A DNA stretch of 64,000 nt from Alphaproteobacteria bacterium. Its GTDB lineage: Bacteria; Pseudomonadota; Alphaproteobacteria; RF32; CAG-239. Position numbers and translations under genes: made by a program. The notes beneath the pieces were generated by a model. The model was given only the letters and a program-made list of their open reading frames with translations. It did not search any database and was not told where the DNA came from. The stretch is taken from assembly GCA_017621635.1 (NCBI GenBank), contig JAGASU010000107.1:239-64238 (forward strand). Reading direction: 5' to 3'. Positions 17,102-27,648 of the stretch are shown piece after piece (the first letter of the stretch is position 1; the number at the start of each line of letters is the position of its first letter).

Positions 17102-18478
17102 ATGAGTAAATTTTTATCTTTCTGGCCTTTGAGCGCTTATAATGCGGCGGCTTTTTTGCGGTCACAATTGTTTTTATTGCCGGTGTTGTTGTTTTTTTAT
17201 CAGGAAAACGGGTTAAGTGTCGGTGATTTTTATCTTATTCAGGGGCTGATTGTCTTTTTTGCCTTTTTGTTTGAAATTCCCGCCGGATATTTGGGAGATA
17301 TTTTCCCGAGAAAATATATTTTAATCACGGCGTATTCGTTGTTTTTGTGCCGATTGTTTTTATGGATTTTTTTTAGAGGGTTTGAGGTTATTTTAATCGG
17401 TGAGTTTTTTTATGCTTGCTCCAAGGCTTGTTTTGACTCGGTTTCGTCTTCGTTTATTTATGACATTTTGAAAAAAAACGGCGAAGAAAAAAAGATGGTC
17501 AAGGCTTATTCCAACTTTAACGCCGCGATGTATATCGGGACGGGAATCGCCGCACTTTTGGGCGCCGGACTTTATGAAAAATTTGGTTCGCAGGTTTTGC
17601 TGATTGCCGAGTTTGTGATTTATTCGGCGGCGGTGCTGCTGCTTGCAATGCTGCCGAATGCGCATATTCCGGCCAAGGTAACACTCGGATTTAAGGAAAG
17701 AATTAAGAAATTTTGGGTGGCGGTGCGCTATATTTTAAAATCACGGAAATACTGTTATTTTGTGTTGTTTTCGGGATTTATGGTCGGGGTGTCGCACTTT
17801 TTCTTTTGGAGTTTTCAGCCATTAATGAAAGCTTCGGGGATTAACCCGAAAGTATCGCTCACGGATTTGGCTGACAGCGTCGGCTGGGACGCCAGAGTTT
17901 TCGGGGAGACGGTTTGGAATTATCTTTTGGCGCTTGACTGGCTTGACTATATTAAAGTGATGGGCGTGGTGATTTTTATCAACAACGTTCTTCGCTCGTC
18001 TTTTAGCTATTTTGCGGCAGGAGTTGCCAAAAGGGTGTCGTTGTTTGTGTTGGGCAATATTTCATTTGTGATGGAAATTATCGGCTGCGGGCTGTCTTTT
18101 TGGTTAATGAAAATGGGACATATCAGTCCGGTGCAATGTTTGGCGTTTATTGTCTTTTTGTGTGTTTGTATCGGGATTCAGCTGATGTTTACCATTACTC
18201 ATATCAGTAGATTACATCGGCTCATTAACCCTAAAATCAGGTCATTATCATCGTCGGTGAATATGATGACGGGACGGCTTTTAACCTCGTTTATGCTGAT
18301 GGCGCCGAAGTTTTTATTAAAACACCAAGAGGGGGCCGCGGGGGTTAAGGTGATTGATATTTTTTGGATTTACGCGATTGTGTTTGTGCCGGTCGGGTGT
18401 TATTTTATTTATAAAATTTATAAATATAACGTCAGGGGCGATAATGCGCTTTTAAATGCCGGCAGCGCAAAGGACTAA
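17102..18478 (+). CDS. MFS-type transporter
   Basis: About 12 predicted TM segments and a GDIFPRK-type loop after TM2. Confidence 0.7.
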   Translation: MSKFLSFWPLSAYNAAAFLRSQLFLLPVLLFFYQENGLSVGDFYLIQGLIVFFAFLFEIPAGYLGDIFPRKYILITAYSLFLCRLFLWIFFRGFEVILIGEFFYACSKACFDSVSSSFIYDILKKNGEEKKMVKAYSNFNAAMYIGTGIAALLGAGLYEKFGSQVLLIAEFVIYSAAVLLLAMLPNAHIPAKVTLGFKERIKKFWVAVRYILKSRKYCYFVLFSGFMVGVSHFFFWSFQPLMKASGINPKVSLTDLADSVGWDARVFGETVWNYLLALDWLDYIKVMGVVIFINNVLRSSFSYFAAGVAKRVSLFVLGNISFVMEIIGCGLSFWLMKMGHISPVQCLAFIVFLCVCIGIQLMFTITHISRLHRLINPKIRSLSSSVNMMTGRLLTSFMLMAPKFLLKHQEGAAGVKVIDIFWIYAIVFVPVGCYFIYKIYKYNVRGDNALLNAGSAKD

Positions 18479-18482
18479 CGTT

Positions 18483-20474
18483 ATGCGGCGGATATGGTTT
18501 TTGGCGTTTTTTTTATTGATGAGGGTTTTGCCTGTTCAATGTGCTGATATTTCGCTTAAAATCTCAGCGGAAGAAGGTTGGACGGCCTGGGGCGATTATA
18601 TCTTAGGGCAAGATTTGAAACAGGGATTTGAGAAGCTGAACTATTCGGTTGAGCCGTCTTATATCGGCAATTTTTACCCTAAAGGGAGTGAGGATTGTTT
18701 GATTGATGTTTATATGCACGGGTTTGTGCCGTTTAATATTCCGTTAAAAAAAGGGAAAACGAACGTGCTTTATCTTTATTATCCGCTGGAAACGGCACAA
18801 AGTTCTAAATACCGGAATTTAAAAGACGTGCAAGAGCCGGCGTGGTATTCGCTTCAAACGGAATTATGGGATTTTGATGTGATTGCGGTTGCTTCGCCGA
18901 CTTATATGAAAGAAATTGAGAAGTTAGGGATTAAGACGGTATTTGCGCCACAGTTTACTAACCCTGATAAGTTTTTTTATGAATATGACAAAGACAAAGC
19001 TTTTGATATTTTATTTGTGGGGCGGCCGGGGTATGAACGTATCAGCGCTCAATGGGCGCTTGACAACGGGTTTGATGTGGCGCTTTTCGGCAGTGGGTGG
19101 CAGAATACGGCGTTTGCCGACCACTTTAAAGGAGATTATATTGATAACAACGAACTGCATACTTATTATGCTTCGGCGAAGATTGTCTTAAACGACACCA
19201 GAGAGGATATGAAAAAAGCGGGGTTTATCAGCAATCGGGTGTTTGATGTGACGGCAAGCGGCGGTTTTCTTATCTCGGATTATATGAAAGAGATTGAGGA
19301 TTTTTATGGGGACGCTATCCCGATGTTTCAAACCAAAGAGGAGTTAAAAGGGCTTCTTGATTATTATCTTAAGCACCCTGAGGAACGGGCTGAGAAAGCC
19401 AAAGCGGCGCAAGAGATTACCTTAAAGTATTTTACCAATACGGCGGTAGCGGACAGTATTCTTAAAGCGGTGCAAGAGGTCAGAGCTAAGAAAGGGGAGC
19501 TTGATTTTCATAAAATTGCGATTAAAAGCCCGTGGGGCGAAAACAATTATGCGCTGGGGGATTATTGGCTCGGGCTTGATTTGGAAAAAGGACTTAGAGA
19601 GAATGGGGTCGAGGTTAAAAACTACTATTATAACGGGGGATTTGGCGTTGATGATTTTTATGAGCAAGCGGGTAATTTGCTTTATTTGCAATTTAAGTAT
19701 AACCATATTATGAAAGAAGACGAGCGTAAAAATAAAATTATGTATCTTTATTTTCCGACGTTTGTGCCGAAGCGGGGGAAGTTTAAGAACGGAGAGGAGA
19801 AGTTTTTATATAACACTGATGCTTTTTTGGACAATGAGCTTGAGTATTTTGATTTGATTGCGACACCGGCGAAAAGAACGTTTGAAGAACTTAAAGAACA
19901 AGGGTACAAGACGGTGTTTGTGCCACAGTTTACCAACGCGGATAAGTTTAAGCGAGAGGCGGTGGAAGATTTAAAAACAGATTTATTATTTGTCGGCTCT
20001 ACCTGGTATGAGCGGGTCAGCGCAAAATATGCGGCTGAGCTTGGCTATAACTTAGCGGTTTACGGTTTGAAATGGGAAGGAAAGATTGATAAAAAATTTA
20101 TTAAGGGGACGTTTATTGATAATCGGGAGTTAAACAAATATTATTCTTCCGCCAAAATTGTTTTAAGCGATCATGCAGATGATTTGGGCGAGATGGGGCT
20201 GGTGATTAACCGGATTTATGATGCGACGGCGGCGGGGACGATGGTTATTTCCAAGTACAGCCCGTATATTGAGGAGATTTTCGGCGACAGCGTGCCGATG
20301 TTTAAGACTAAAGAGGAGTTTGAAGCGCTGGTTGATTTTTATTTGGCGCACAATGAGGAAAGGGAAAAGAAAGCCAAGGCGGCACAAAAAATTACGTTTC
20401 AAGGATATACCAACAAAATTATCGGGGCTAAATTTAAGGAACTTTTTTATCTTTTAGAGAAGGAGAAGCAATGA
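18483..20474 (+). CDS. Internally duplicated CgeB-like/Glyco_trans_1_2 domain protein with N-terminal signal/anchor
   Basis: The two halves (aa about 1-335 and 336-660) align. Each ends with ..SAKIVL(N/S)D....G(F/L)(I/V)(S/I)NR(V/I)(F/Y)D(V/A)TA(S/A)G... ATG at 18483 (MRRIWFLAFF). Confidence 0.65.
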   Translation: MRRIWFLAFFLLMRVLPVQCADISLKISAEEGWTAWGDYILGQDLKQGFEKLNYSVEPSYIGNFYPKGSEDCLIDVYMHGFVPFNIPLKKGKTNVLYLYYPLETAQSSKYRNLKDVQEPAWYSLQTELWDFDVIAVASPTYMKEIEKLGIKTVFAPQFTNPDKFFYEYDKDKAFDILFVGRPGYERISAQWALDNGFDVALFGSGWQNTAFADHFKGDYIDNNELHTYYASAKIVLNDTREDMKKAGFISNRVFDVTASGGFLISDYMKEIEDFYGDAIPMFQTKEELKGLLDYYLKHPEERAEKAKAAQEITLKYFTNTAVADSILKAVQEVRAKKGELDFHKIAIKSPWGENNYALGDYWLGLDLEKGLRENGVEVKNYYYNGGFGVDDFYEQAGNLLYLQFKYNHIMKEDERKNKIMYLYFPTFVPKRGKFKNGEEKFLYNTDAFLDNELEYFDLIATPAKRTFEELKEQGYKTVFVPQFTNADKFKREAVEDLKTDLLFVGSTWYERVSAKYAAELGYNLAVYGLKWEGKIDKKFIKGTFIDNRELNKYYSSAKIVLSDHADDLGEMGLVINRIYDATAAGTMVISKYSPYIEEIFGDSVPMFKTKEEFEALVDFYLAHNEEREKKAKAAQKITFQGYTNKIIGAKFKELFYLLEKEKQ

Positions 20475-21409
20475 AAAAAATAATTGTTGTTACGCTTTTG
20501 GGGTTATTTATGGCGGGATGTATTTTATATGCCTTTGGGGGACATTTTTTTGATGACAAAGATGTTATTTACTTAAATGCGAATGACGAAGGGGCTTATT
20601 TAGAACTGCAAAAATTAAAGACAGCGTTAAAAAAGGAAGGGAAGCACGTTGTTTTATCTGAGGCGGGGGATTTTAAGAGCGGAGAGATTAACCTTTATGC
20701 AAGCTCGGAGGGGAAAGAGTTGCCGAAGGTTTTAGATTTGGGGGCGATAAACTTTTTGTGGATTGAACGGCTTTCTGATATGTGGGCGCTGGAAAAGCTC
20801 AAAGATTTTGATGTGATTGTGGTGAAAAATCACCCGTTGTTTTCTCATCTTAAGGCGGTTAACGTCAGGACGGCGTATATTCCGGCGCCGGTTGACGCAG
20901 CCAAATTAAATACTCGTTTTAAGGCAACGGGCAAAGCGGCGTATTGGGGAGATGCGGACGGGTTTTCTTTAGCGCTTTATCTGGCGGGGAAAAACGGTTT
21001 TAGCGTTGATCTTTACGGGGAAGGTTTTGAAAAGGTTTGGCCCAAAGATGAAATCAAGGGGAAAAGCGAAGATTTGACTGATTTTCGGGCTTATGATTTT
21101 GTGCTGGTTGACCAAAGCGATGAAGATATTCGTGATGAAGTTGTCAATCAAAAGATTATGCAAATTATTGAAGGCGGCGGGGTGCCGCTGGTGCGGTATA
21201 ATGTGGGGCTGGAGAGGCTTTTTAGCAACAGCGTTTTGATGTATGCCAGTGAAGATGATTTTGCGGTGCAATTTAATAAATTTATCGCTTCGGAGGCTAT
21301 TGAGCAACAAAGAAAGAACCTCTTTAGAGCCTCACAACAATTCAACAGCCGGAGCACAGCGCTAAAGTTTATTGAACTCTTTGATATTATGCAAAGAAAA
21401 AGAATTTAG
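20471..21409 (+). CDS. CgeB-like domain protein, third divergent copy, lipoprotein-like N-terminus
   Basis: ATGA start/stop overlap with the upstream gene. N-terminus is MKKIIVVTLLGLFMAGC. Confidence 0.55.
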   Translation: MKKIIVVTLLGLFMAGCILYAFGGHFFDDKDVIYLNANDEGAYLELQKLKTALKKEGKHVVLSEAGDFKSGEINLYASSEGKELPKVLDLGAINFLWIERLSDMWALEKLKDFDVIVVKNHPLFSHLKAVNVRTAYIPAPVDAAKLNTRFKATGKAAYWGDADGFSLALYLAGKNGFSVDLYGEGFEKVWPKDEIKGKSEDLTDFRAYDFVLVDQSDEDIRDEVVNQKIMQIIEGGGVPLVRYNVGLERLFSNSVLMYASEDDFAVQFNKFIASEAIEQQRKNLFRASQQFNSRSTALKFIELFDIMQRKRI

Positions 21410-22386
21410 TTTTCGTAAGTGAGTTTGCCGTCTTTGAGGGTGGCGGTGCCGCCTAAGGGAATGGTTAAGAGCGGGGCGGAGTGTCCAAAGTCGACATTTG
21501 CCAAGATAGGCAAATCTTTGAGTTCAGACTTTGTATTTAAGATAAACTCAAGTCCCTCTCTCGTGACTTTGGAGCCTTTTTGGAAACGGCCGATAACCAA
21601 AGCTTTGACGTTTTTAAAATCCGGCTGATGGATAAGGGCTTGGAGATTGCGCTCAAACTCCGGCAAAGAACAGCCTTCGGTATCTTCTATAAACAATATA
21701 GTGTCTTTTGGGAAAGCCGGGCGAAACTCTGTGCCTAACAGCAGATTAAACGTGCCGAGGTTGCCGCCGATGATGGTGCCTGAAGCGCTGCCGTTATGGA
21801 TATTCCAATATCCCTCGTTTGCTTCAAACTCACGTTTTTCCTGATCTATAAACCACAAATCATCGCTCCAGATTTCGGACGGCGTTATGGTATCTTTGCC
21901 ATCAGTGACAAGCATTTTGGCAAAGTGCGCAAAGGTATAGTCACACCCGTATTTCATCCCCAGCGAGCTGAAATGGGGGCCATAATAGACGACTAAGCCG
22001 GTTTTAGAAAGAATTGCATTTTCAAGCGCGGTGATGTCGGAAAAGCCGCAAAAGATTTTCGGATTATTTTTTATCAACTCATAATCAAGATATTTCAGGA
22101 GTTGGTTAGAGTTGGCGCCGCCGATGATTGTCATTACCGCTTTAACGCTTTTATCAGAAAAGGCGGTATGGATATCTTCAACACGCTTTTGGATTGAGGA
22201 AGATCCCATATAGTCCCAGTTTTCATCTATCGTGTTGGGAGCAAAAACAACCTTTAACCCTAAACTTTCAAGCCGAGATTTGGCGATTTCGCGCGCGTCT
22301 TTGCCGATAATTTTTATGCCCCGCGCCGGAGCGATGACCATAACTTTATCGCCTTTTTTCAATTTTTCGGGTATGATTTTTTGCAT
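21406..22386 (-). CDS. ldcA: LD-carboxypeptidase (peptidase S66, LdcA/MccF-like)
   Basis: Nucleophile motif CGFSDITAL plus a C-terminal GH..P motif. Confidence 0.8.
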   Translation of the reverse strand: MQKIIPEKLKKGDKVMVIAPARGIKIIGKDAREIAKSRLESLGLKVVFAPNTIDENWDYMGSSSIQKRVEDIHTAFSDKSVKAVMTIIGGANSNQLLKYLDYELIKNNPKIFCGFSDITALENAILSKTGLVVYYGPHFSSLGMKYGCDYTFAHFAKMLVTDGKDTITPSEIWSDDLWFIDQEKREFEANEGYWNIHNGSASGTIIGGNLGTFNLLLGTEFRPAFPKDTILFIEDTEGCSLPEFERNLQALIHQPDFKNVKALVIGRFQKGSKVTREGLEFILNTKSELKDLPILANVDFGHSAPLLTIPLGGTATLKDGKLTYEN

Positions 22387-22397
22387 TGTTTTCTCCT

Positions 22398-24074
22398 TTA
22401 TTTTGTTGTCTGTTCCATATCTTCAAGCCAATGGACTTGGAGCATGGTGACCGGTTTTATATCTGTTGCGGCATAAACGCGGCGACGAATCTGGCCGCGG
22501 ATAAAATCTTCGGCGGCGTTACGGTTCGGGTGTTCGGCAATTTTATTTTCTATCAAGGGCAGGACTTGGCTCATAATCTCTTGCTTTAAGACATACCATT
22601 CGTTTTCTTCCAAGATGTCGATTGAATCAAAATCAAGAGATTGGAGCGTGTTTTCCTTGCTGATGACGGCGCTTATGAACAGCGAACAGTTAAACATAAT
22701 GCGGCGACGGTTTTTGACTAACTCCGAGCCTAAAGCTACCGAGCGGCGACGGTCTATGCCCATAATATCGGCAACGATTTGCTCTTTTAATTCAATTTTA
22801 TTATCTTTGTATAAGCATATATCCCCGTTTTGGGCGGAAAAGACATCTTTAACGCCGCAACTCAACGCGAAACGCTTATGTTCACGGATAAACTTTTTAT
22901 CGCCGTGTACGGGAAGAACGATTTTCGGATTTAAAAGCTCGTACATGGCTTTTAGGTCCTTTTTGCAGGCATGGCCAGAGGTATGTACCAAATAATCTTC
23001 CTCGGTGACGAGATGAGCGCCTTTGGCCAAGATCTTTTCTTGCATACGTTCGATTTTATCTTCATTGCCGGGGATTATTTTGGAAGAGAAAATAACGTTA
23101 TCTTCCGCGCCTAGCTTGATGTATTTATTTTCATCATTGGCAATCATCGTCATAGCGCTGCGATAGTTGGCTTGCGAACCGGTGCAGATATAGAGGGCTT
23201 TATCTGAAGTGATACCATCCACCTCGTCGATAGTGTGGAGGTCGGTATAGTCTTGAAGATAACCGCAATTTTTGGCAATTTTAACATTGGTTGCCAAGCT
23301 TCTGCCGACGGTGACCGGTGTTCTGCCGGCGGCGCGCGCGGCCATAATCAGACTTTCCAAGCGCATAATGTTTGAAGCAAAACAGGTGGCAACGATTCCG
23401 CCTTGCATTTCGGGAATAATTTTTAAGAGATTATTGCGCACGTCTTCTTCGCTGGCCTGCGGCTCATCTACCATCACGTTGGTTGAATCACAAACAAAAA
23501 TATCCACGCCGACTTTCGCTGCTCTTTCTAAGGAAGGGAAATCCGTTTTAACCATGGCGAGCTTATTATCATCAAAGCGCCAGTCTGTGGCGTGCATAAT
23601 GTTGCCGTAGGGGGTTTTGATAAACAGAGCAGAGGTTTCAGGAATCGAGTGGGCTATCGGGATAAACTCCACCTCAAAGCCTTCGAGCGTGACTTTGCGG
23701 TCTTTATTAACAGAGTTCAACGGGACAAGATTTTGCATTTTATATTCGCTTAAGCGTTCTTTTATCAGCCCCAAGGAGAAATCCGTCGCATAGACGGGAC
23801 ACTGCAACGACGGCCAGATTTGGGCGATTGCGCCTAAATGGTCTTCATGGCCATGGGTGATAAAGAGACCTAAAATATCTTCGCGATAATTTTCCAAAAA
23901 TTCGGGCGAAGCGTAACACATATCCATTCCGGGGAAATCATCATTTAAAAACCCGAAGCCTGCGTCCACAACAATCAGCTTGCCGTTAACGGCATAGACA
24001 AACATATTCATTCCGATTTCATCGGCGCCGCCCAAGGGGAGAAAATATATTCCTTTTTTATTAAAATCATTCAT
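22398..24074 (-). CDS. rnj: Ribonuclease J
   Basis: Metallo-beta-lactamase motif THGHEDHLGA, beta-CASP architecture, about 558 aa. Confidence 0.9.
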   Translation of the reverse strand: MNDFNKKGIYFLPLGGADEIGMNMFVYAVNGKLIVVDAGFGFLNDDFPGMDMCYASPEFLENYREDILGLFITHGHEDHLGAIAQIWPSLQCPVYATDFSLGLIKERLSEYKMQNLVPLNSVNKDRKVTLEGFEVEFIPIAHSIPETSALFIKTPYGNIMHATDWRFDDNKLAMVKTDFPSLERAAKVGVDIFVCDSTNVMVDEPQASEEDVRNNLLKIIPEMQGGIVATCFASNIMRLESLIMAARAAGRTPVTVGRSLATNVKIAKNCGYLQDYTDLHTIDEVDGITSDKALYICTGSQANYRSAMTMIANDENKYIKLGAEDNVIFSSKIIPGNEDKIERMQEKILAKGAHLVTEEDYLVHTSGHACKKDLKAMYELLNPKIVLPVHGDKKFIREHKRFALSCGVKDVFSAQNGDICLYKDNKIELKEQIVADIMGIDRRRSVALGSELVKNRRRIMFNCSLFISAVISKENTLQSLDFDSIDILEENEWYVLKQEIMSQVLPLIENKIAEHPNRNAAEDFIRGQIRRRVYAATDIKPVTMLQVHWLEDMEQTTK

Positions 24075-24089
24075 TTTTTATTTTCCTTT

Positions 24090-24815
24090 TTAACTAAATA
24101 AATCTCCGGCAAGTATACGTTCTGTTCCTTTATCTGTTTTTAATATCAAATAAGCGTTGTCGTCAAGCGTTAAAAATATTCCGGTTTTATCTGTTTTCTC
24201 GTTTTTTACGGTTATTGTTTGGTTTAAGTTCAGCGCCAGCGACAGCCATTCTTCTTTTAGGGAGGTAAAACCGTTTTCTTGATAGAAAAGAAGGTCTTTG
24301 GCAAATTCTTGTAAGAGATAGCGCAAAAAATCCGTCCGGTCAAGTATTATCGCATTTTCTTTTAAGGACGTTGCCTGATAGGCGGCATTTTCAAGCAAAG
24401 GCGCGGAAACGATATTGACACCGATGCCTATTGCCCATAAATCGTCTTTGATATTCTCAAACAAAATCCCCGATATTTTTTTATTATTTAAAAACACATC
24501 GTTAGGCCATTTGATTTTGACGGAGCTTTGAGGAGAGAGCGAGAGAATGGTTTTAGCCAGACTTAGGCCGATGATACAGACATAGCGGCTTAAGTCTTGC
24601 GGGGGGATATGTTGGGTTAAGGTGAAATAGAGGTTTCCTTCCTGTTCGTGCCAGATATGGCCGCGGCGCCCCCTGCCCTTGGTTTGACGGATGGCACTTA
24701 AAGCAACCGGCGTTTCATCCGTGATGAGATTTTTTATTTCATCATTGGTGGAGGTGACGAGCGGGGTTTCATACCACTGCCAGAGGGCGATTTTTTCTTT
24801 ACAGGTATAGGACAT
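24090..24815 (-). CDS. birA: Biotin-[acetyl-CoA-carboxylase] ligase, class I (no HTH)
   Basis: GRGRRGHIW motif and KWPNDV. Confidence 0.85.
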   Translation of the reverse strand: MSYTCKEKIALWQWYETPLVTSTNDEIKNLITDETPVALSAIRQTKGRGRRGHIWHEQEGNLYFTLTQHIPPQDLSRYVCIIGLSLAKTILSLSPQSSVKIKWPNDVFLNNKKISGILFENIKDDLWAIGIGVNIVSAPLLENAAYQATSLKENAIILDRTDFLRYLLQEFAKDLLFYQENGFTSLKEEWLSLALNLNQTITVKNEKTDKTGIFLTLDDNAYLILKTDKGTERILAGDLFS

Positions 24816-26217
24816 AAAACATATCTTTCATGGTTTCAATGATATTAAACGGATTAAAGACAGAAAGTGCCAGGCAGAGAATATTTAAGAAAATATAGAA
24901 TATCAGGAGTTTATTTTCCGTGTCATAGATTTTTATGCGATGTTCAAAATAGGCGGCTTTTATCATCTCCAAACAAGCTTTGGCCAGAATGAGCCAGAAA
25001 AATAAAATTATGCCGAGGCTTATATAGCTTTTTTGACTGATAAGCCCGTTGATGATGTTCATTTCGGCTAAAAAACCGGCTAAAGGCGGAATACCGATTA
25101 AGGAAAAAAGGCTGACAATCAGGATTGCTGCCGTATAGGGTTTATTTTCGGCAAGGCCGGACAGTGCGGCGGTTGTGGTCAGATATTCACCGCGGCTTTT
25201 TATGCTATAAAAAACCAGATACATCCCGTTAAAAGCCATAACGGATATTAAACCGATCAGAAACGCGGCAAAGGTTGTTTCTGCTTTAAAATATGACAAT
25301 AACAATAGCATAACGCCCAAATAACAGGTTTTAGCATAAGCGTTTATGCGATATAAATTAATGCGGGCGTTTGTTCCCAAAGCGCCAAAAATGACTGACA
25401 ACAAAGCTAAAACAACATAAGCGGAGGAAAATTCCGTTTGCAACGGGGGGAAAACTTTTAGATTCAGCTTAATCAATATGCCGAAAAGAGCCAGCGGCAG
25501 GATTACTGCGAAATAGTGACTTACGGGAAGGATACTCTTGCCGGCTTTGTCTTCCATGGTTATATGAAACGGAACAATTCCCAGAGCATATAAAAAAGGG
25601 ATAATAATGAAAACTGCCGAAAGATAGCAAGTGAGCGAATTTGACTGTTCCATTAACAGTTTTTGTGCCGTTTGATAGGAAAGCGGGGCTTTTGCCAGCC
25701 ATGAGAGGTATGAAACACCGGCTCCGAACAAGAGTATGATTGCAAGCGATATAAAGAAAATCCGCATGGTGTCGGGGGTGTGTTTTTTGTCATAACCTAT
25801 TCCTAATAAACGTTGGTTAATCAGCGCTAAAAAGATATAAAGCGCAAACAGCGTGGGCAAATTTGTTGTTTCCAACATTGTTTTTAAGCATAACAGAGCC
25901 AGAAGAATTAAGGCGTAAAAATGACAACCTATACGATTTTTAGAATTAAACCAACAGGCTGACAGCCCGAGGACAATATAGGCAAAAAATCCCGTTATCA
26001 GATAAAACAAAAGCGTATATGAGTTTGGCGATAAAACCGACGTGAAGGTTTTATCATAATATAAAACAGAAAAAAAGACAGAACAGAGCAGCCAAAATTT
26101 TGATACGGCGGCATAAGCTCTGGCTTTTTCAATTTTGGCCAAATACAGCCCCAGTAAATGCAAAAGGCCTGTTAGCAGAGATATTTCCGGAAGAGCGTAG
26201 ATTACAGTTTTGAGCAT
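24799..26217 (-). CDS. NuoN/MrpD-like antiporter-type membrane subunit, divergent
   Basis: About 14 TM segments. The PFH motif is kept (GIVPFHITMEDKAGKSILPVS). The 3' end overlaps birA by 17 nt. Confidence 0.65.
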   Translation of the reverse strand: MLKTVIYALPEISLLTGLLHLLGLYLAKIEKARAYAAVSKFWLLCSVFFSVLYYDKTFTSVLSPNSYTLLFYLITGFFAYIVLGLSACWFNSKNRIGCHFYALILLALLCLKTMLETTNLPTLFALYIFLALINQRLLGIGYDKKHTPDTMRIFFISLAIILLFGAGVSYLSWLAKAPLSYQTAQKLLMEQSNSLTCYLSAVFIIIPFLYALGIVPFHITMEDKAGKSILPVSHYFAVILPLALFGILIKLNLKVFPPLQTEFSSAYVVLALLSVIFGALGTNARINLYRINAYAKTCYLGVMLLLLSYFKAETTFAAFLIGLISVMAFNGMYLVFYSIKSRGEYLTTTAALSGLAENKPYTAAILIVSLFSLIGIPPLAGFLAEMNIINGLISQKSYISLGIILFFWLILAKACLEMIKAAYFEHRIKIYDTENKLLIFYIFLNILCLALSVFNPFNIIETMKDMFYVLYL

Positions 26218-27648
26218 TTATCCTCCGTTAAAAACAAACCACAACGGTTTTATGAATGAAAAGAATAATACGGCAAGGCTTATCATACAGATCATAAAAT
26301 GCGTTTCGGACAAGTCTATATTTTTGGTGTTGGCGCAGGCGGCATAGTTTTTATCTTTCAGGCGGTATAATTCTTCTAACAGAGCCAAAGCAACGATAAA
26401 CATTGAAAGCATGACAAGAATTCCTACCAGCAGACTGTAATTAAAAATTTCTGAAACGATAATAAAATTATTCCAAAACAACGGCGTTACCGGCAAGCCG
26501 ATGGCTGCCAGAACAAACAAAGAAAGACATTTTGAGGCTTTGGGCATATAACACAATATCCCCTGCCCGAGGTTAAGTTGTTTTTTCATTTCCTCGATAT
26601 GGCTTAGTAAAAGCGAAATAACGGTTATGATAATGGTATAGGCAAACAACGAATAACCGATATTTTGTTTGAGCGCACTTGTGGGCAGAAAAACGCCGAT
26701 CAGATATAATAAGCAATAGACTGTTGTGTAGGCAAACAGCTTATAGCGGATTTCTTTATGGCTTAAGCTGATTAAAGAGATAAACAACATTGTTATAATA
26801 CAGGCGGCTTCAAAAAGCGGAGCGTAGCGACCGATTGTTGCGGGAACGGTATTGGGCCAAAAGCGCATAAAACCATATAAGCCTGAAAGGGGGACTAAGT
26901 TTGAAGCTAAAAAGACCAAAGGATTTTTCAGAGTGGCATTAATTGATGCCATCCAATAATGAAACGGCCAAACCGGAAGCCTTGAAATAAACGCAAAGAA
27001 AATTGACAGCCAAACGATATACTGTATATTTCCTTGCAGATTGATATGGCTTATCGTATTGAGCGGGATATTGCCGCCTTTTATGCCGTATATCATCATC
27101 AAAGCTAAAAACAACACTGTTGCCCCGATCAGGTTGTATATACTGAAACGCTTGAAGATATTTTTTTTATTTTGATTACCTGAGGTGCTGACAAGAATAA
27201 TCAATGGCATACTTAAGGCCGCAAAGAAGATATAAAACGAAAAGAGGTCTGCGGCAAAAAAATAACCGTGTAATAAACTTATAAACATAAGCTCTGAAGC
27301 CAGCAAGGTTTTGGCCCGCGCGGCGGTTCTGCTGATGCAGATAACGGCGATTAAAAAGGACAGATTAATACTTAAGGCCAATATCATGGAAAAAATATCC
27401 GCGCCTAACAGAATATCTATTTCGGGGGCATTTAACCAACGGTATTTTTCAATCAACTGAATACCGTTTTTTTCAATATCAAAAAATGAAAAAACGTATA
27501 GCTGAAAAGCCAACTCGGCCAGTATGGTCCATATCGACACGCGGTACACATTATCTACGGCGTAATACCGATCATTTTTTGCCGTTATCACAAACAGCGC
27601 CCCGATAAACGGAATAAGAATAAGCAATAACAACAAATAATCAGTCAT
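26218..27648 (-). CDS. NuoM-like antiporter-type membrane subunit, divergent
   Basis: RLPVWPFHYWMASINATLKNPLVFLASNLVPLSGLYGFMRFW parallels the NuoM motif KMPVVPLHGWLPDAH... Confidence 0.65.
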   Translation of the reverse strand: MTDYLLLLLILIPFIGALFVITAKNDRYYAVDNVYRVSIWTILAELAFQLYVFSFFDIEKNGIQLIEKYRWLNAPEIDILLGADIFSMILALSINLSFLIAVICISRTAARAKTLLASELMFISLLHGYFFAADLFSFYIFFAALSMPLIILVSTSGNQNKKNIFKRFSIYNLIGATVLFLALMMIYGIKGGNIPLNTISHINLQGNIQYIVWLSIFFAFISRLPVWPFHYWMASINATLKNPLVFLASNLVPLSGLYGFMRFWPNTVPATIGRYAPLFEAACIITMLFISLISLSHKEIRYKLFAYTTVYCLLYLIGVFLPTSALKQNIGYSLFAYTIIITVISLLLSHIEEMKKQLNLGQGILCYMPKASKCLSLFVLAAIGLPVTPLFWNNFIIVSEIFNYSLLVGILVMLSMFIVALALLEELYRLKDKNYAACANTKNIDLSETHFMICMISLAVLFFSFIKPLWFVFNGG

